From a virus (lineage: Duplodnaviria; Caudoviricetes), in IMG/VR virus record IMGVR_UViG_3300045256_000857, positions 1 through 60,488 of that record: a stretch of 60,488 bases of DNA. One strand, 5' to 3'. Shown piece after piece: positions 1-8,773 of this stretch. Positions within the stretch are counted from its first letter, which is position 1; every line of letters begins with the position of its first letter. The position numbers and the translations under genes were made by a program. A model generated the notes under the pieces. The model saw only the letters and a program-made list of their open reading frames with translations. It was not told the DNA's origin and searched no databases.

Positions 1-429
1 TCAGTTGACCTTGGCCGCCCTGTCTCGCCGCGAGCGCGGACGCAAGTAACGACCTTCCACCCAGATGTATTCCAAGGGCTTCCCTCGCGGTTTTTTGTGC
101 GCGGCTTCGCTGATCGGGTACACTGGCACGCGCATAAACTGCACGTTGAATTGCACGTCGGCGCGACGCCCGGCGGCAACGCCCTCGAGCTTCACCGCGA
201 GGTCATGCACCATGCCGGGGGTCGCGTCGGTGCTGACGCGTACCTGGAAGCTGTACTCGTCGCGGATGCCACCGAAGTCTGTGTGTCGTCCGGCGTGGAA
301 GCTCGAGAGTTGCGCGCCGTCCCAGCGTCGCCAGAGCATCGCGGCGTCCGTCAATGCTTCTTCGTCTTCGCGGCGGATGTCTTCGAGGGTCACGGTGTGG
401 AATCGCGCACTGTCAGAATCATAGAGCAT
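1..429 (-). CDS. Hypothetical protein, probably leaderless
   Basis: 142-aa ORF; TATCAT lies 6 nt upstream of the ATG. Confidence 0.6.
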   Translation of the reverse strand: MLYDSDSARFHTVTLEDIRREDEEALTDAAMLWRRWDGAQLSSFHAGRHTDFGGIRDEYSFQVRVSTDATPGMVHDLAVKLEGVAAGRRADVQFNVQFMRVPVYPISEAAHKKPRGKPLEYIWVEGRYLRPRSRRDRAAKVN

Positions 430-464
430 ATTCTGATGATAGCAGAATCGTGTTACAGTGAAAT

Positions 465-492
465 GCCCCTCGAGACCTCCCGCTCGAGGGGC
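465..492. terminator. GC-rich hairpin, probable terminator of the leftward operon
   Basis: GCCCCTCGAG ... CTCGAGGGGC 10-bp inverted repeat in an intergenic gap. Confidence 0.5.
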
Positions 493-519
493 GCTTTGAT
501 GCCGGGAATTCCTGGTGGC

Positions 520-897
520 TTACCACTCCGGGTCGTCGGTCCAATGCGGCAGGGGGCAAGTACGTCCGGTCGCGTTGGGTTCACCATCGCGGGCCTGTGG
601 GCATTGCTCGTGGTTGCAATCGCCATCACGCCCTGCCTTGCAACTGGTCAACGGCTTCTCTTGCGCCTTCAGAGTCTCGAGATAACTCGTGACCTCATCC
701 TCGTGGAACAGCGCACCTTGCAAAGCTGTACCTGGCGTCATCCCGTGATCGCGCTCGAGGCCTTGTGCCCATTCCACCTTGATGAGTTGAATCATCCGCC
801 CGTACCCAATGCCTTTGCATGACCGTACAGCTTGCATGAAATCTCGCTCGGTCACGTTCTGGGCCTCCATGCGCTTTAGTAACTTGTCGAGCTTCAT
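520..897 (-). CDS. Hypothetical phage protein with a Cys-rich C-terminus
   Basis: 125-aa ORF; ATGA overlap with the upstream gene. Confidence 0.7.
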   Translation of the reverse strand: MKLDKLLKRMEAQNVTERDFMQAVRSCKGIGYGRMIQLIKVEWAQGLERDHGMTPGTALQGALFHEDEVTSYLETLKAQEKPLTSCKAGRDGDCNHEQCPQARDGEPNATGRTCPLPHWTDDPEW

Positions 898-1265
898 GAA
901 GTCACCTGCTCTTTTGCTTTTGCCACAAAGCGCCTATAGCTCGTGTCCGAGAGGATGCGATGCACGGCGATCAGCCATGCCTGCTGGCGGTTGACATACC
1001 ACTGATCCAATCCGGCAACGCGGGCTTCAGCGTTGAAGCGTTCGTAGGGGTTAGTCATTGAACGCGCGGCTTCGACGGCTTGGCGGTGTGGTTCAACGGT
1101 TTCCTCGTATTCGCGTCGCGCGGCCTGCTCAACGTTCAAATCGAACTCGAGCATGTGAACCGCGTGCGGACCCGTGTGAATGATGCAATCGCAGTCCTGA
1201 CGCTCGAGCTTCAAGCGTGGAACTGCTGCGCGCAGGGCATCCATTAACCGAGCTTCGTTCACCAC
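894..1265 (-). CDS. Hypothetical phage protein
   Basis: 123-aa ORF coupled to its neighbours; GAGG upstream. Confidence 0.7.
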   Translation of the reverse strand: MVNEARLMDALRAAVPRLKLERQDCDCIIHTGPHAVHMLEFDLNVEQAARREYEETVEPHRQAVEAARSMTNPYERFNAEARVAGLDQWYVNRQQAWLIAVHRILSDTSYRRFVAKAKEQVTS

Positions 1266-1783
1266 GCCACCTCGCCGTCATGGGCGGCGGCGTACTGGTC
1301 TGCGACCTGCACCGCTGCCCAGTCCGGTACGGTCCACAACTTCTGCGCGCCTGGACACTGCACGGGAACCGGCAGGAAGAACACGTCCTCGAGCCGCCAC
1401 GCCCACTGCCCTCGCGCTGCCCACGGGTCAGGATCGCCCCGGAAAAACGACGCGAGGCGCGCGGTCGCAAAGATACCGGGACGACAACTGCTCTCGAGGT
1501 CAGGCTGTCCTCGCTGGTCAAGCCACGCCTGCAACGCGGCACGGTCTGCGGGGCTGGCGGCAAGCCGCCGCTCGTTACAGCCTTTGATGATCCACTCGAG
1601 GTCATCCAAGGCTTCGTCCTCCTCGTAATCCTCGTACTTCGTCACGGGCTTACCGCCGTGCAGGGCGATGGTCTTACCGACCATCTGGCGCGGGGGCGGC
1701 CACGTGCGGTTCTCCACGCGCTTACCGCAAATCCAGATCGCCCACGGCCACGGGTGGCGCAGGGTTAACGCGACCAGGCTCAT
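1259..1783 (-). CDS. ASCH/PUA-like domain protein
   Basis: ALTLRHPWPWAI..GKRVENRTW motif; start re-set to ATG 1783 (ATGA overlap). Confidence 0.8.
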   Translation of the reverse strand: MSLVALTLRHPWPWAIWICGKRVENRTWPPPRQMVGKTIALHGGKPVTKYEDYEEDEALDDLEWIIKGCNERRLAASPADRAALQAWLDQRGQPDLESSCRPGIFATARLASFFRGDPDPWAARGQWAWRLEDVFFLPVPVQCPGAQKLWTVPDWAAVQVADQYAAAHDGEVAW

Positions 1784-2586
1784 CGCGGGAATTCCTGAAT
1801 CTGCAAGCGCCAAGGCCATTCCTCGAGGTCTTCGCCCTTCTTGTGCTTCAGCCCAAGCTCCTGGGCGAGGACCACGCCGGTTTGTTTCATAAACACGGCT
1901 GCGCTCGAGCGCATGGTCACGTCGTTGATGATCTTGTCCGCCCACTCGAGCGCCATAGGACGCGCCCCGTGACCGCTCTCCCCGCCGATGATGAGCCACT
2001 CCACGCCGTTGCGCCAAGGCGCGTGACGCGGATCGTCGGCAGCAAAGTGAGGGATGATGTACGGGGTGACATCCAGCGGGCCGAGCAGTGGCTCGAGGCT
2101 GAGAAAGCGCACTTTCACATCGAACGACAGCAGCACCGGGGCGCGTTGCTCGAGCCACGTTTGATTCTCCGCGCTCGCCCCGAGCCAGACGTTGCCGGGC
2201 AGCGATTCACGCCCGATCTCGAGCAGTCTTGTGCGCACCGCTCCGATGCGCTTGGTCAGCAGCAACCAATCGAGGTTGGGCGTGGCTTCGACCAAGTTCA
2301 TGAAATCCGCGAACACCTGACTTGGAACCTCGAGATCGAACGGGTCGCACATCGAAGGAAAAATCTTGCGGCGCACGCCAGCGGCTCGAGCTTGCTTGTC
2401 CCAGGTGACGGGTTGCCGCCAGTTCGCGGTGACACGCCGAGGCTTCCCCACACCCCAGTTGTCGTGTCCCCAGCGGTGGTTCAAGGTGTCCGCGTAACAG
2501 AATTTGCAGCCGTCGCTGACCTTGGTGCAGCCGATCCACGGCGACCACGTGTGATCGGTCCAGGCGATCCCTGTTTCGATACCCAT
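1780..2586 (-). CDS. Phage Gp37/Gp68 family (DUF5131) radical-SAM-like protein
   Basis: IAWTDHTWSPWIGCTKVSDGCKFCYA, LLTKR, SLEPLLG, GGESG motifs. Confidence 0.9.
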   Translation of the reverse strand: MGIETGIAWTDHTWSPWIGCTKVSDGCKFCYADTLNHRWGHDNWGVGKPRRVTANWRQPVTWDKQARAAGVRRKIFPSMCDPFDLEVPSQVFADFMNLVEATPNLDWLLLTKRIGAVRTRLLEIGRESLPGNVWLGASAENQTWLEQRAPVLLSFDVKVRFLSLEPLLGPLDVTPYIIPHFAADDPRHAPWRNGVEWLIIGGESGHGARPMALEWADKIINDVTMRSSAAVFMKQTGVVLAQELGLKHKKGEDLEEWPWRLQIQEFPR

Positions 2587-2629
2587 AACTGCTCCTTTTT
2601 AAATCGTGACCAACAACGTCGGCAGAGTG

Positions 2630-3154
2630 TTAGTGCATCACCATCAGGTACGGCGGCATGGTGGGCTCGAGGCGCGCACGCTGAGTCACCTCATAGGCTT
2701 TGAGGACAGCCGTGAACGTCTCTGGCGGCAGCTTCCACCAACCCAACGCACCTCGAGCGACGGGCACAGGCTCCAGCAGGCACACCGGCTCCGACAACGC
2801 GATCCCGTAGCGCCCGAAGTACCAAGCACTTTGATCGGCGTGCGAAGCCGGGAGTGGCGCAGGATGCTCGTAGACGCCTTCGACCAGTGACACGCCGACG
2901 ATCAAGCCGGGTCTACTCATCTCGAGTTCTGTCCTCGAGTACCCGAGCCGCATCATGTGGACAGCGCCGTTGTGATCGAAGCTCTTGGCGGTGTGCCAGG
3001 CGATGTAATTCCCGATGAGGTAGTTAGGGCTTGAGCGCCAGTCACGGTTTTCAACCCGTTTAGGAATGCGCGTGCTCGAATCGTCGCGGTTGTCCATCAT
3101 GGCGATGTCCCACGGGCGCGTCAGGCTGAGCGCGCGAAGGGTAGGGGCGCTCAC
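2630..3154 (-). CDS. ASCH/PUA-like domain protein
   Basis: ALSLTRPW..KRVENRDW..GALGWW motifs. Confidence 0.75.
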   Translation of the reverse strand: MSAPTLRALSLTRPWDIAMMDNRDDSSTRIPKRVENRDWRSSPNYLIGNYIAWHTAKSFDHNGAVHMMRLGYSRTELEMSRPGLIVGVSLVEGVYEHPAPLPASHADQSAWYFGRYGIALSEPVCLLEPVPVARGALGWWKLPPETFTAVLKAYEVTQRARLEPTMPPYLMVMH

Positions 3155-5925
3155 GCGCCCTCCTCGTCGTCATCCCAATCCAGCGCATCGTCCGGCGTGC
3201 CTGCTTGTACGGGCTGCTCTGGCTCGAGGTCGGTATCGTTCAGCTCCTCGTCGTCGGCATCATCGTCCGGGCGCTCGAGGTTGCCGTCATCATCGCCTTC
3301 GTCGTCCGGTGCAATGATGTCCTCGAGCCATTGCGGGGGTTGCGTGGCGAGTTCCAGCGCTCGAGCGAGGGCGGTTTGCAACCGCGCAAGGTCAACGCCG
3401 GGTTGGAACACGCGGACGATCTCGTCTTCCGGGTCGGTGTGACTGAACTGTTGCACCCGCTCGAATTGCGGCTCGTCTTTGGTCTCGAGCCAGAGCGTCG
3501 CGCCGTTTTCAACCAAGGTCATGCGCGCTTCTGCGCCCAGAAAGTACGTCCGCGCGGTGAGATCGCCACCCATGAGCGCTTGCTCGAGCCTGAAATCCCG
3601 CACGCGCTCGGTCAGGTTGTGAATCGCACTTTCGAGCTTTACGCCCTTGAGTGCGGCGCACAGTTTCTCGGAAACGATGCAGGACAACCCTGGGTGCTCG
3701 GCGTCCAACGCCCGTTGCAACTCCTCCACGGTGAACAGGGCGACCTTGGGCGCGGCATCCTGCGCCTTCTGGGGCTTCACCGCCACGTAATCGCGGTACA
3801 CCTTGACTTCGAGCGAACCGGGTTTGAAGTGGATGATCGCGCCCTTCGGTAGCGTGTCGTCGTCCTTCGCGGCGCGGTGCGTCAAGCCGTTGATCGCGCG
3901 GTACTCCGGGTAGAAGTAATCCTCCCGCACCACTTCCACCCATTTGAACTCGCCTTTCAGTTGCTCCTCGAGCCGTTCCACGCCCTGCGCTTGCAACTCG
4001 CGCACCTGCTCGGTGTCCAAGAAGTACGAGTTGTCCGGCTCGAACAGGTCTTCGACAATTTCGCCCTTGTACCACTCGAGCGGGAAGACGGCGACGTTGA
4101 CGCGGATGTGCTTGTTGCTCATCTCCGCCCGGATCGTGCCTTCGTGCAGCATGTACGGGCTCTTGGCGGCTTTCTTGATGAACGCCGCCTGACGCTCGAA
4201 GCTCCCGCCGGTGAACGCCTGCGCCGCCGCCAGCGTGATTTTGTCCTCGAGCAGCAGCGCCTTGGCTTCGGGCGCGAGGCGCTGCGCCAAGCCCACGCGC
4301 TGCTTCACCGTCTGCAAGCTCTTGCCGACCTTGAGCGCCAGGCTCTCGAGGTCCGCACCCAGTTGCAGCGCTGCTGCGAACGCCTCGGCCTCTTCCATCG
4401 GGTGCATGTCGCTGCGCTGCACGTTCTCGCTGATCGCCAACTCGAGCAGTTCGCGGTCATCGAGTGCCTGGACGCGCACGGGCATCGGGTAGTCGGAGGT
4501 CACGCGCTCCTGCTGCACGAGCAGCGACACTGCGCGCCAGCGACGCTCACCGGCGGCGATCTCGAATGTGTCGCCGTCCACCGGGCGCGCGACCAGGTTT
4601 TGCAACACGCCCTTCTCGAGGATGCTGGCCGCCAACTCCTCGAGCTTCACCGCATCGAAGCTCTTGCGTGGATTCAGCGGTGAGGGCTTGAGCTTGTAGA
4701 AGGGGATGGTTTGCACCGCACTCGAGGGTTGCGAGGGCTCGGGGCGGGTGTCCGGCTCCTCGATGACGACCGGCGCTGCCAGGTCAAACGTTGGCATGGT
4801 CCCGAGCACCGCTTCCAAGTTCTCAGGCTTGCCAAGGTCGTCGGCGGCTGGCAAAGGTTCGGTTTGAACAAGTTCGCGCCGGGTGATTCCAGGCTCGAGC
4901 GTGTTCCACTCGCCGTCCGTCCAGCGGATGTTCACGGTTTCGTCTGCGTTGATCGCTACCAGTTCCTCAAGCGCTGCCCGCACCGCGCTACGCAGATCGG
5001 GGAACGCCTCCGACGAGACAGCGCCCTTGGAAGGCAACTGATACGAGTAGCCGCCTGCATCCGCGCGAATCCAAGCGGAAGAGTGACTCGAGGTGTTGAA
5101 GAATAATTCGTAGGCGTTGTGACCGCCGCTGTTCGTGACCCTGAACGCCTTGGCGGGTTGAAGCATCCGGCGTTCAGGCAGATGCGGCCCTGCCTTATCC
5201 CCGACCGCTGGCTTGACGACTTCCACCTGGAGTTCAGACGCGATACTGCCGTTCGGCAGTATCGCGTCCTGGGTTTTGTGCAGGACGGTGGTGTTCCCGC
5301 CCCACAACGTCACCTCAACATCCTCGTCGGGTCGCACGATGCCCAGCCCCTCGAGCATGGAGCGCGCAGCGTTGGCGACACTGGCGTGCTTCTGCGCCAT
5401 CTTCTCGCCGTTCGCAGGCACGCAGCGGTACGCACCTCCTACACGGATGATCTTGCCCAGTTCCTCGTCAACGCGCAGCACGTGGTACGTCTCGAGGGCG
5501 CTCTCCGTGATGCGGATGCTAGCGGGCGCGCGGTCCTCCACGAGCTCCCCGCTGTAGCGGTGCACCGCGTTCCCGAGCGTCACGCCTTCGACGGTCATGA
5601 CGCCGGTTTGCGTGGTCCCGGCTTTGTCGGTGAAGGCGACGGTGACGCGCTCGAGCTTCTGGGGCTCGAGCAAGCGCTCTACCGCGTTGCCAACGACGCT
5701 CCACAAGTTCTCGCCTTCGGTTTTGACGCTGTTGAAGACGTGCCGGAAAAGTGGAGCGTTCACGACTTTGGTCAGGTCGGCGATGCTGCCCGCGTACTCG
5801 CCGCGCCAGTGCATGCGGTAGCCGCATCCGTCGCTGTCGCCGGACTGGAACAACTCGAGGTCAGGTTTGACCGCGAAGGGCTCGAGGGTGGCGATGGGGG
5901 CGGACTTACTTGATTTTCTGGGCAT
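3151..5925 (-). CDS. Large ParB/RepB/Spo0J-family fusion protein
   Basis: LKPSPLNPRK..GVLQNLVAR..AGERRWRA..ENVQR ParB core; start re-set to ATG 5925 after GGAGG. Confidence 0.85.
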   Translation of the reverse strand: MPRKSSKSAPIATLEPFAVKPDLELFQSGDSDGCGYRMHWRGEYAGSIADLTKVVNAPLFRHVFNSVKTEGENLWSVVGNAVERLLEPQKLERVTVAFTDKAGTTQTGVMTVEGVTLGNAVHRYSGELVEDRAPASIRITESALETYHVLRVDEELGKIIRVGGAYRCVPANGEKMAQKHASVANAARSMLEGLGIVRPDEDVEVTLWGGNTTVLHKTQDAILPNGSIASELQVEVVKPAVGDKAGPHLPERRMLQPAKAFRVTNSGGHNAYELFFNTSSHSSAWIRADAGGYSYQLPSKGAVSSEAFPDLRSAVRAALEELVAINADETVNIRWTDGEWNTLEPGITRRELVQTEPLPAADDLGKPENLEAVLGTMPTFDLAAPVVIEEPDTRPEPSQPSSAVQTIPFYKLKPSPLNPRKSFDAVKLEELAASILEKGVLQNLVARPVDGDTFEIAAGERRWRAVSLLVQQERVTSDYPMPVRVQALDDRELLELAISENVQRSDMHPMEEAEAFAAALQLGADLESLALKVGKSLQTVKQRVGLAQRLAPEAKALLLEDKITLAAAQAFTGGSFERQAAFIKKAAKSPYMLHEGTIRAEMSNKHIRVNVAVFPLEWYKGEIVEDLFEPDNSYFLDTEQVRELQAQGVERLEEQLKGEFKWVEVVREDYFYPEYRAINGLTHRAAKDDDTLPKGAIIHFKPGSLEVKVYRDYVAVKPQKAQDAAPKVALFTVEELQRALDAEHPGLSCIVSEKLCAALKGVKLESAIHNLTERVRDFRLEQALMGGDLTARTYFLGAEARMTLVENGATLWLETKDEPQFERVQQFSHTDPEDEIVRVFQPGVDLARLQTALARALELATQPPQWLEDIIAPDDEGDDDGNLERPDDDADDEELNDTDLEPEQPVQAGTPDDALDWDDDEEGA

Positions 5926-6277
5926 TTGCTTCCTCCAAGTGCGTGCGATACGCTTCCCAGCCGTGTTTGTGGATGTACACCAGACGCACCATGACGGTCT
6001 CGTGCATCGCCCCGGTCGCGCCATAAGGCTCAGCGGCATCAATCACGACGCGCTCGAGCACCCTGGCGTCGTCCGTGCCGCTCTCGAGATAGCCATAAAT
6101 GCCTGGCGTGGTGGCGACCTCGAGCACCGCATCGGGGTGCGCCTCGAGCCACTTGCAGCCCACCTCGAGCATGTCCTGACAGGTCTGCTCGTAGCGTTCG
6201 CCGCCTTCGATGCCACTCCGGGCGAAGCCGCTGATCTCGCCCATGTCGGGTGTGTGCCGGTACACGCGTTCGCTCAT
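5906..6277 (-). CDS. Hypothetical phage protein
   Basis: MSERVYRHTPDMGEISGF...; ATGA overlap with the upstream gene. Confidence 0.7.
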   Translation of the reverse strand: MSERVYRHTPDMGEISGFARSGIEGGERYEQTCQDMLEVGCKWLEAHPDAVLEVATTPGIYGYLESGTDDARVLERVVIDAAEPYGATGAMHETVMVRLVYIHKHGWEAYRTHLEEANAQKIK

Positions 6278-7158
6278 GGGCGGCGCGCGAGTTGCAATTG
6301 ACGACGGATTGCGTCCCCGTCGCCCTCTGGGATGCTTACGATGTTCGGACCGTCCTTGACGACCAGGGTGTACGTGGCATTCGCCGTCCAGAACAAACCG
6401 ACGATGTTGTCCAGGTTGATCGTGCTCCCCTGAACGGTGACGAACTGCGGGCGGCGCTCGAGCGATTCGCGGATCTGCGCGGTGATCGCTCGAGTCACCG
6501 GGGCGGACAGGTTGACGGTCTTGCGGTTCACAGGCTGCCAACCGTTCTTTTCGTGTACGTAGGCGCGGTCGGCGGCTTCCTGAGGATCCAGATCAACGGG
6601 CGGGAATTCGTCGCTATCACTTGCGTCCGGTCTCGGTGCTTCCGGCCACACGGCGTCCACGATGAAACCTCGAGCCTCCATCTCGTCATTCAGCTCTTGG
6701 ATGTCCACTGGAACTTTGTGCATCTCGATCAACCGCTGGGCTTCTGGCATCGTTGAACCAGTCGGCGCAGGGACCGTGGTGCAGTCAGGCAGGCTCAACT
6801 CGAGGTTTTGCCTCGAGTCGTTGGGCAGGTTCAAGCCCAGCAGCGCGAACACGTCCGCGTGCGGGTTACGCAGCGGCTTGCCGTCCACCAGGAAGCGCTC
6901 CATGAACTCATGGCGCTCCGCAATCTCCGCCGCGAGGTAGGCGGTGTTCATAACCTCGCTGTCGGTGGCGTGCGGCGACACGTACCACTTGCGGCAGCCT
7001 TGCAGGTGTAGCGCGGTGTCCGACGCGTCGGTGTTGTCGGTTTCAAAGAAGCGCCACTGCAAGAAGAAGCCTTCGCCCATCTCACCAATACGAAGCCGCC
7101 AATTTTTGTACTCGACGCGGCAGAGCAGCGCCAAGAGTGATTCTGAGGTTTGCAACAT
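6274..7158 (-). CDS. Hypothetical phage protein
   Basis: MLQTSES... 294 aa; GGAG upstream. Confidence 0.7.
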   Translation of the reverse strand: MLQTSESLLALLCRVEYKNWRLRIGEMGEGFFLQWRFFETDNTDASDTALHLQGCRKWYVSPHATDSEVMNTAYLAAEIAERHEFMERFLVDGKPLRNPHADVFALLGLNLPNDSRQNLELSLPDCTTVPAPTGSTMPEAQRLIEMHKVPVDIQELNDEMEARGFIVDAVWPEAPRPDASDSDEFPPVDLDPQEAADRAYVHEKNGWQPVNRKTVNLSAPVTRAITAQIRESLERRPQFVTVQGSTINLDNIVGLFWTANATYTLVVKDGPNIVSIPEGDGDAIRRQLQLARRP

Positions 7159-7160
7159 CG

Positions 7161-8009
7161 TTACTCCGTCTCGAGCGAGAAAATAGATTCCTGTGCCCGC
7201 AGCAGTTGCTCGAGTTGCTGCGAAGCGCGCAAGTTGACGACCGGACGCGGCTCGGGTTGCGGCGGTGCTGGCGTTGACTCGGTGGCGTCTGGAGCGCCGT
7301 GTGCGAGTGGGTAGAAGGGCGTGTAGTACGTATTCCAGACCTCGAGGCTGAGCGTGTTCCCGCGAATCACTCGCGCGGGGACGCCGTGCAGCGTCAGGTT
7401 GATGAGCGCCATGTCCACGGCCGCCGCGCTGACATCCCACGCCTCGAGCCGAATGCGGGTGCTGTTCAAGCCGCGCTCGTGCATCCACTCCACGAGCGCA
7501 AGCACCAGTTGCCCGGAGCCGCACGCGGGTTCCTGGATCGTCACGGGTTCGGGCTTGTCGAAGATCGTGGCGTCACCACACAACCCGAACGCCATGAGCC
7601 TCGAGATTTCGTAGGGCGTGTGGAACTCGCCGCCCCATTGCTGTCCTTTTTTGCCGAGCCATTCCTGGTGGACGGGTCCGAGCACGTCGCGGTAGGTGTG
7701 CTCGCCCGCTTCGATCATCATTTGCGCCATCGCGTGAGAGAACAGCGTCATGCTCTCCGCGTCCCAGCGCTGGCGCTCCGCCTCGAATTCCGCTTCGCGG
7801 TCGGGCAGACTGGCAATTCGGCTCCAGCCGCGCATGCCGCGCTCCATCGCGTCCAGCGTGACCGCGCGTTGCATGTCGGGTCCGACGATGCAGCACGAGG
7901 ACAGGCGCAGGAAAGCGGGCCAGACCTCGTGAAGGCGATACCCGGTGTTCGCGGAGATCGTCTCGAGGTGCTTGGTGTATTCGAGGCGGAGGGAGCCGAA
8001 GGTGGGCAT
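7161..8009 (-). CDS. N-6 DNA methylase-like protein (SAM-binding part only)
   Basis: GEFHTPYEISRLMA, EPACGSG and GNTL present; no NPPY-type motif seen. Confidence 0.8.
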   Translation of the reverse strand: MPTFGSLRLEYTKHLETISANTGYRLHEVWPAFLRLSSCCIVGPDMQRAVTLDAMERGMRGWSRIASLPDREAEFEAERQRWDAESMTLFSHAMAQMMIEAGEHTYRDVLGPVHQEWLGKKGQQWGGEFHTPYEISRLMAFGLCGDATIFDKPEPVTIQEPACGSGQLVLALVEWMHERGLNSTRIRLEAWDVSAAAVDMALINLTLHGVPARVIRGNTLSLEVWNTYYTPFYPLAHGAPDATESTPAPPQPEPRPVVNLRASQQLEQLLRAQESIFSLETE

Positions 8010-8012
8010 GGC

Positions 8013-8759
8013 TTAGCGCGTCGGGAAACGCCCTTCCAAGTACTTAAGGACGCGCGGACGCGCGTCCCATTCCAAATTTTTGAGTTTGCTGACGCAGGCA
8101 TCTATCGCTCGAGCCTCGGGGTCAACGAGGTCGTCGGTTGAGGGGTTTGACGTTGTTGGAGCGAGCGGCGCGGGTTGCACGTCAGTCGGCGCGGGGGCGA
8201 CGGAGATACTGGGTTCAGCGCGCTCCTCTTGGGGCGCTTGAAACACTTCGGTGCGACCGTAGAGCTTCGCGGCTGTCTTGCCCGTGCCGCTCGAGCGGCA
8301 AACGATGACCTTGTCCTCGAGCAACCCTTTAAGTGCGTAGTCAATCTTGTGGCGCAACTCGCCGGTCAACTCCAGCAAGTCGCTCACGGTCAGCGGTTCC
8401 GTTGCCTCGGCAAATTCGTTGGCGAGACGGTCATAAACGGTGATTTCTCGGATGGGTGGGTCCATGGGTGTTTCCTCCTCGGGTGTCGCACGCTCGAGTT
8501 CAGGGGTCTCGGGCGCGGCTAGGGGCGTCGGGTCGGGTTGCCGGATGGGTTTGGCGGTGGTGGGTTGACGCGTGTTAGCGACGACCTTCCCGGCTTCGGT
8601 GATGTCCACGAAGCCGGTGAAGTCGCGCGAGATCAGGCGGCGCTCGAGCGCGTCGTCCATGACCACGCCGTAACGCGTGTAAAGGTCGAGCCAGATGCGT
8701 TTCTGGATGTTCTCGCGGTTGGCGCTCAGGTGATCGAGCAGGTTTTGCAGCGTGAGCAT
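8013..8759 (-). CDS. Hypothetical protein with a probable winged-helix domain
   Basis: LTVSDLLELTG..KIDYALKGLLEDKVI pattern. Confidence 0.65.
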   Translation of the reverse strand: MLTLQNLLDHLSANRENIQKRIWLDLYTRYGVVMDDALERRLISRDFTGFVDITEAGKVVANTRQPTTAKPIRQPDPTPLAAPETPELERATPEEETPMDPPIREITVYDRLANEFAEATEPLTVSDLLELTGELRHKIDYALKGLLEDKVIVCRSSGTGKTAAKLYGRTEVFQAPQEERAEPSISVAPAPTDVQPAPLAPTTSNPSTDDLVDPEARAIDACVSKLKNLEWDARPRVLKYLEGRFPTR

Positions 8760-8773
8760 AGTCCCCTATTCCC

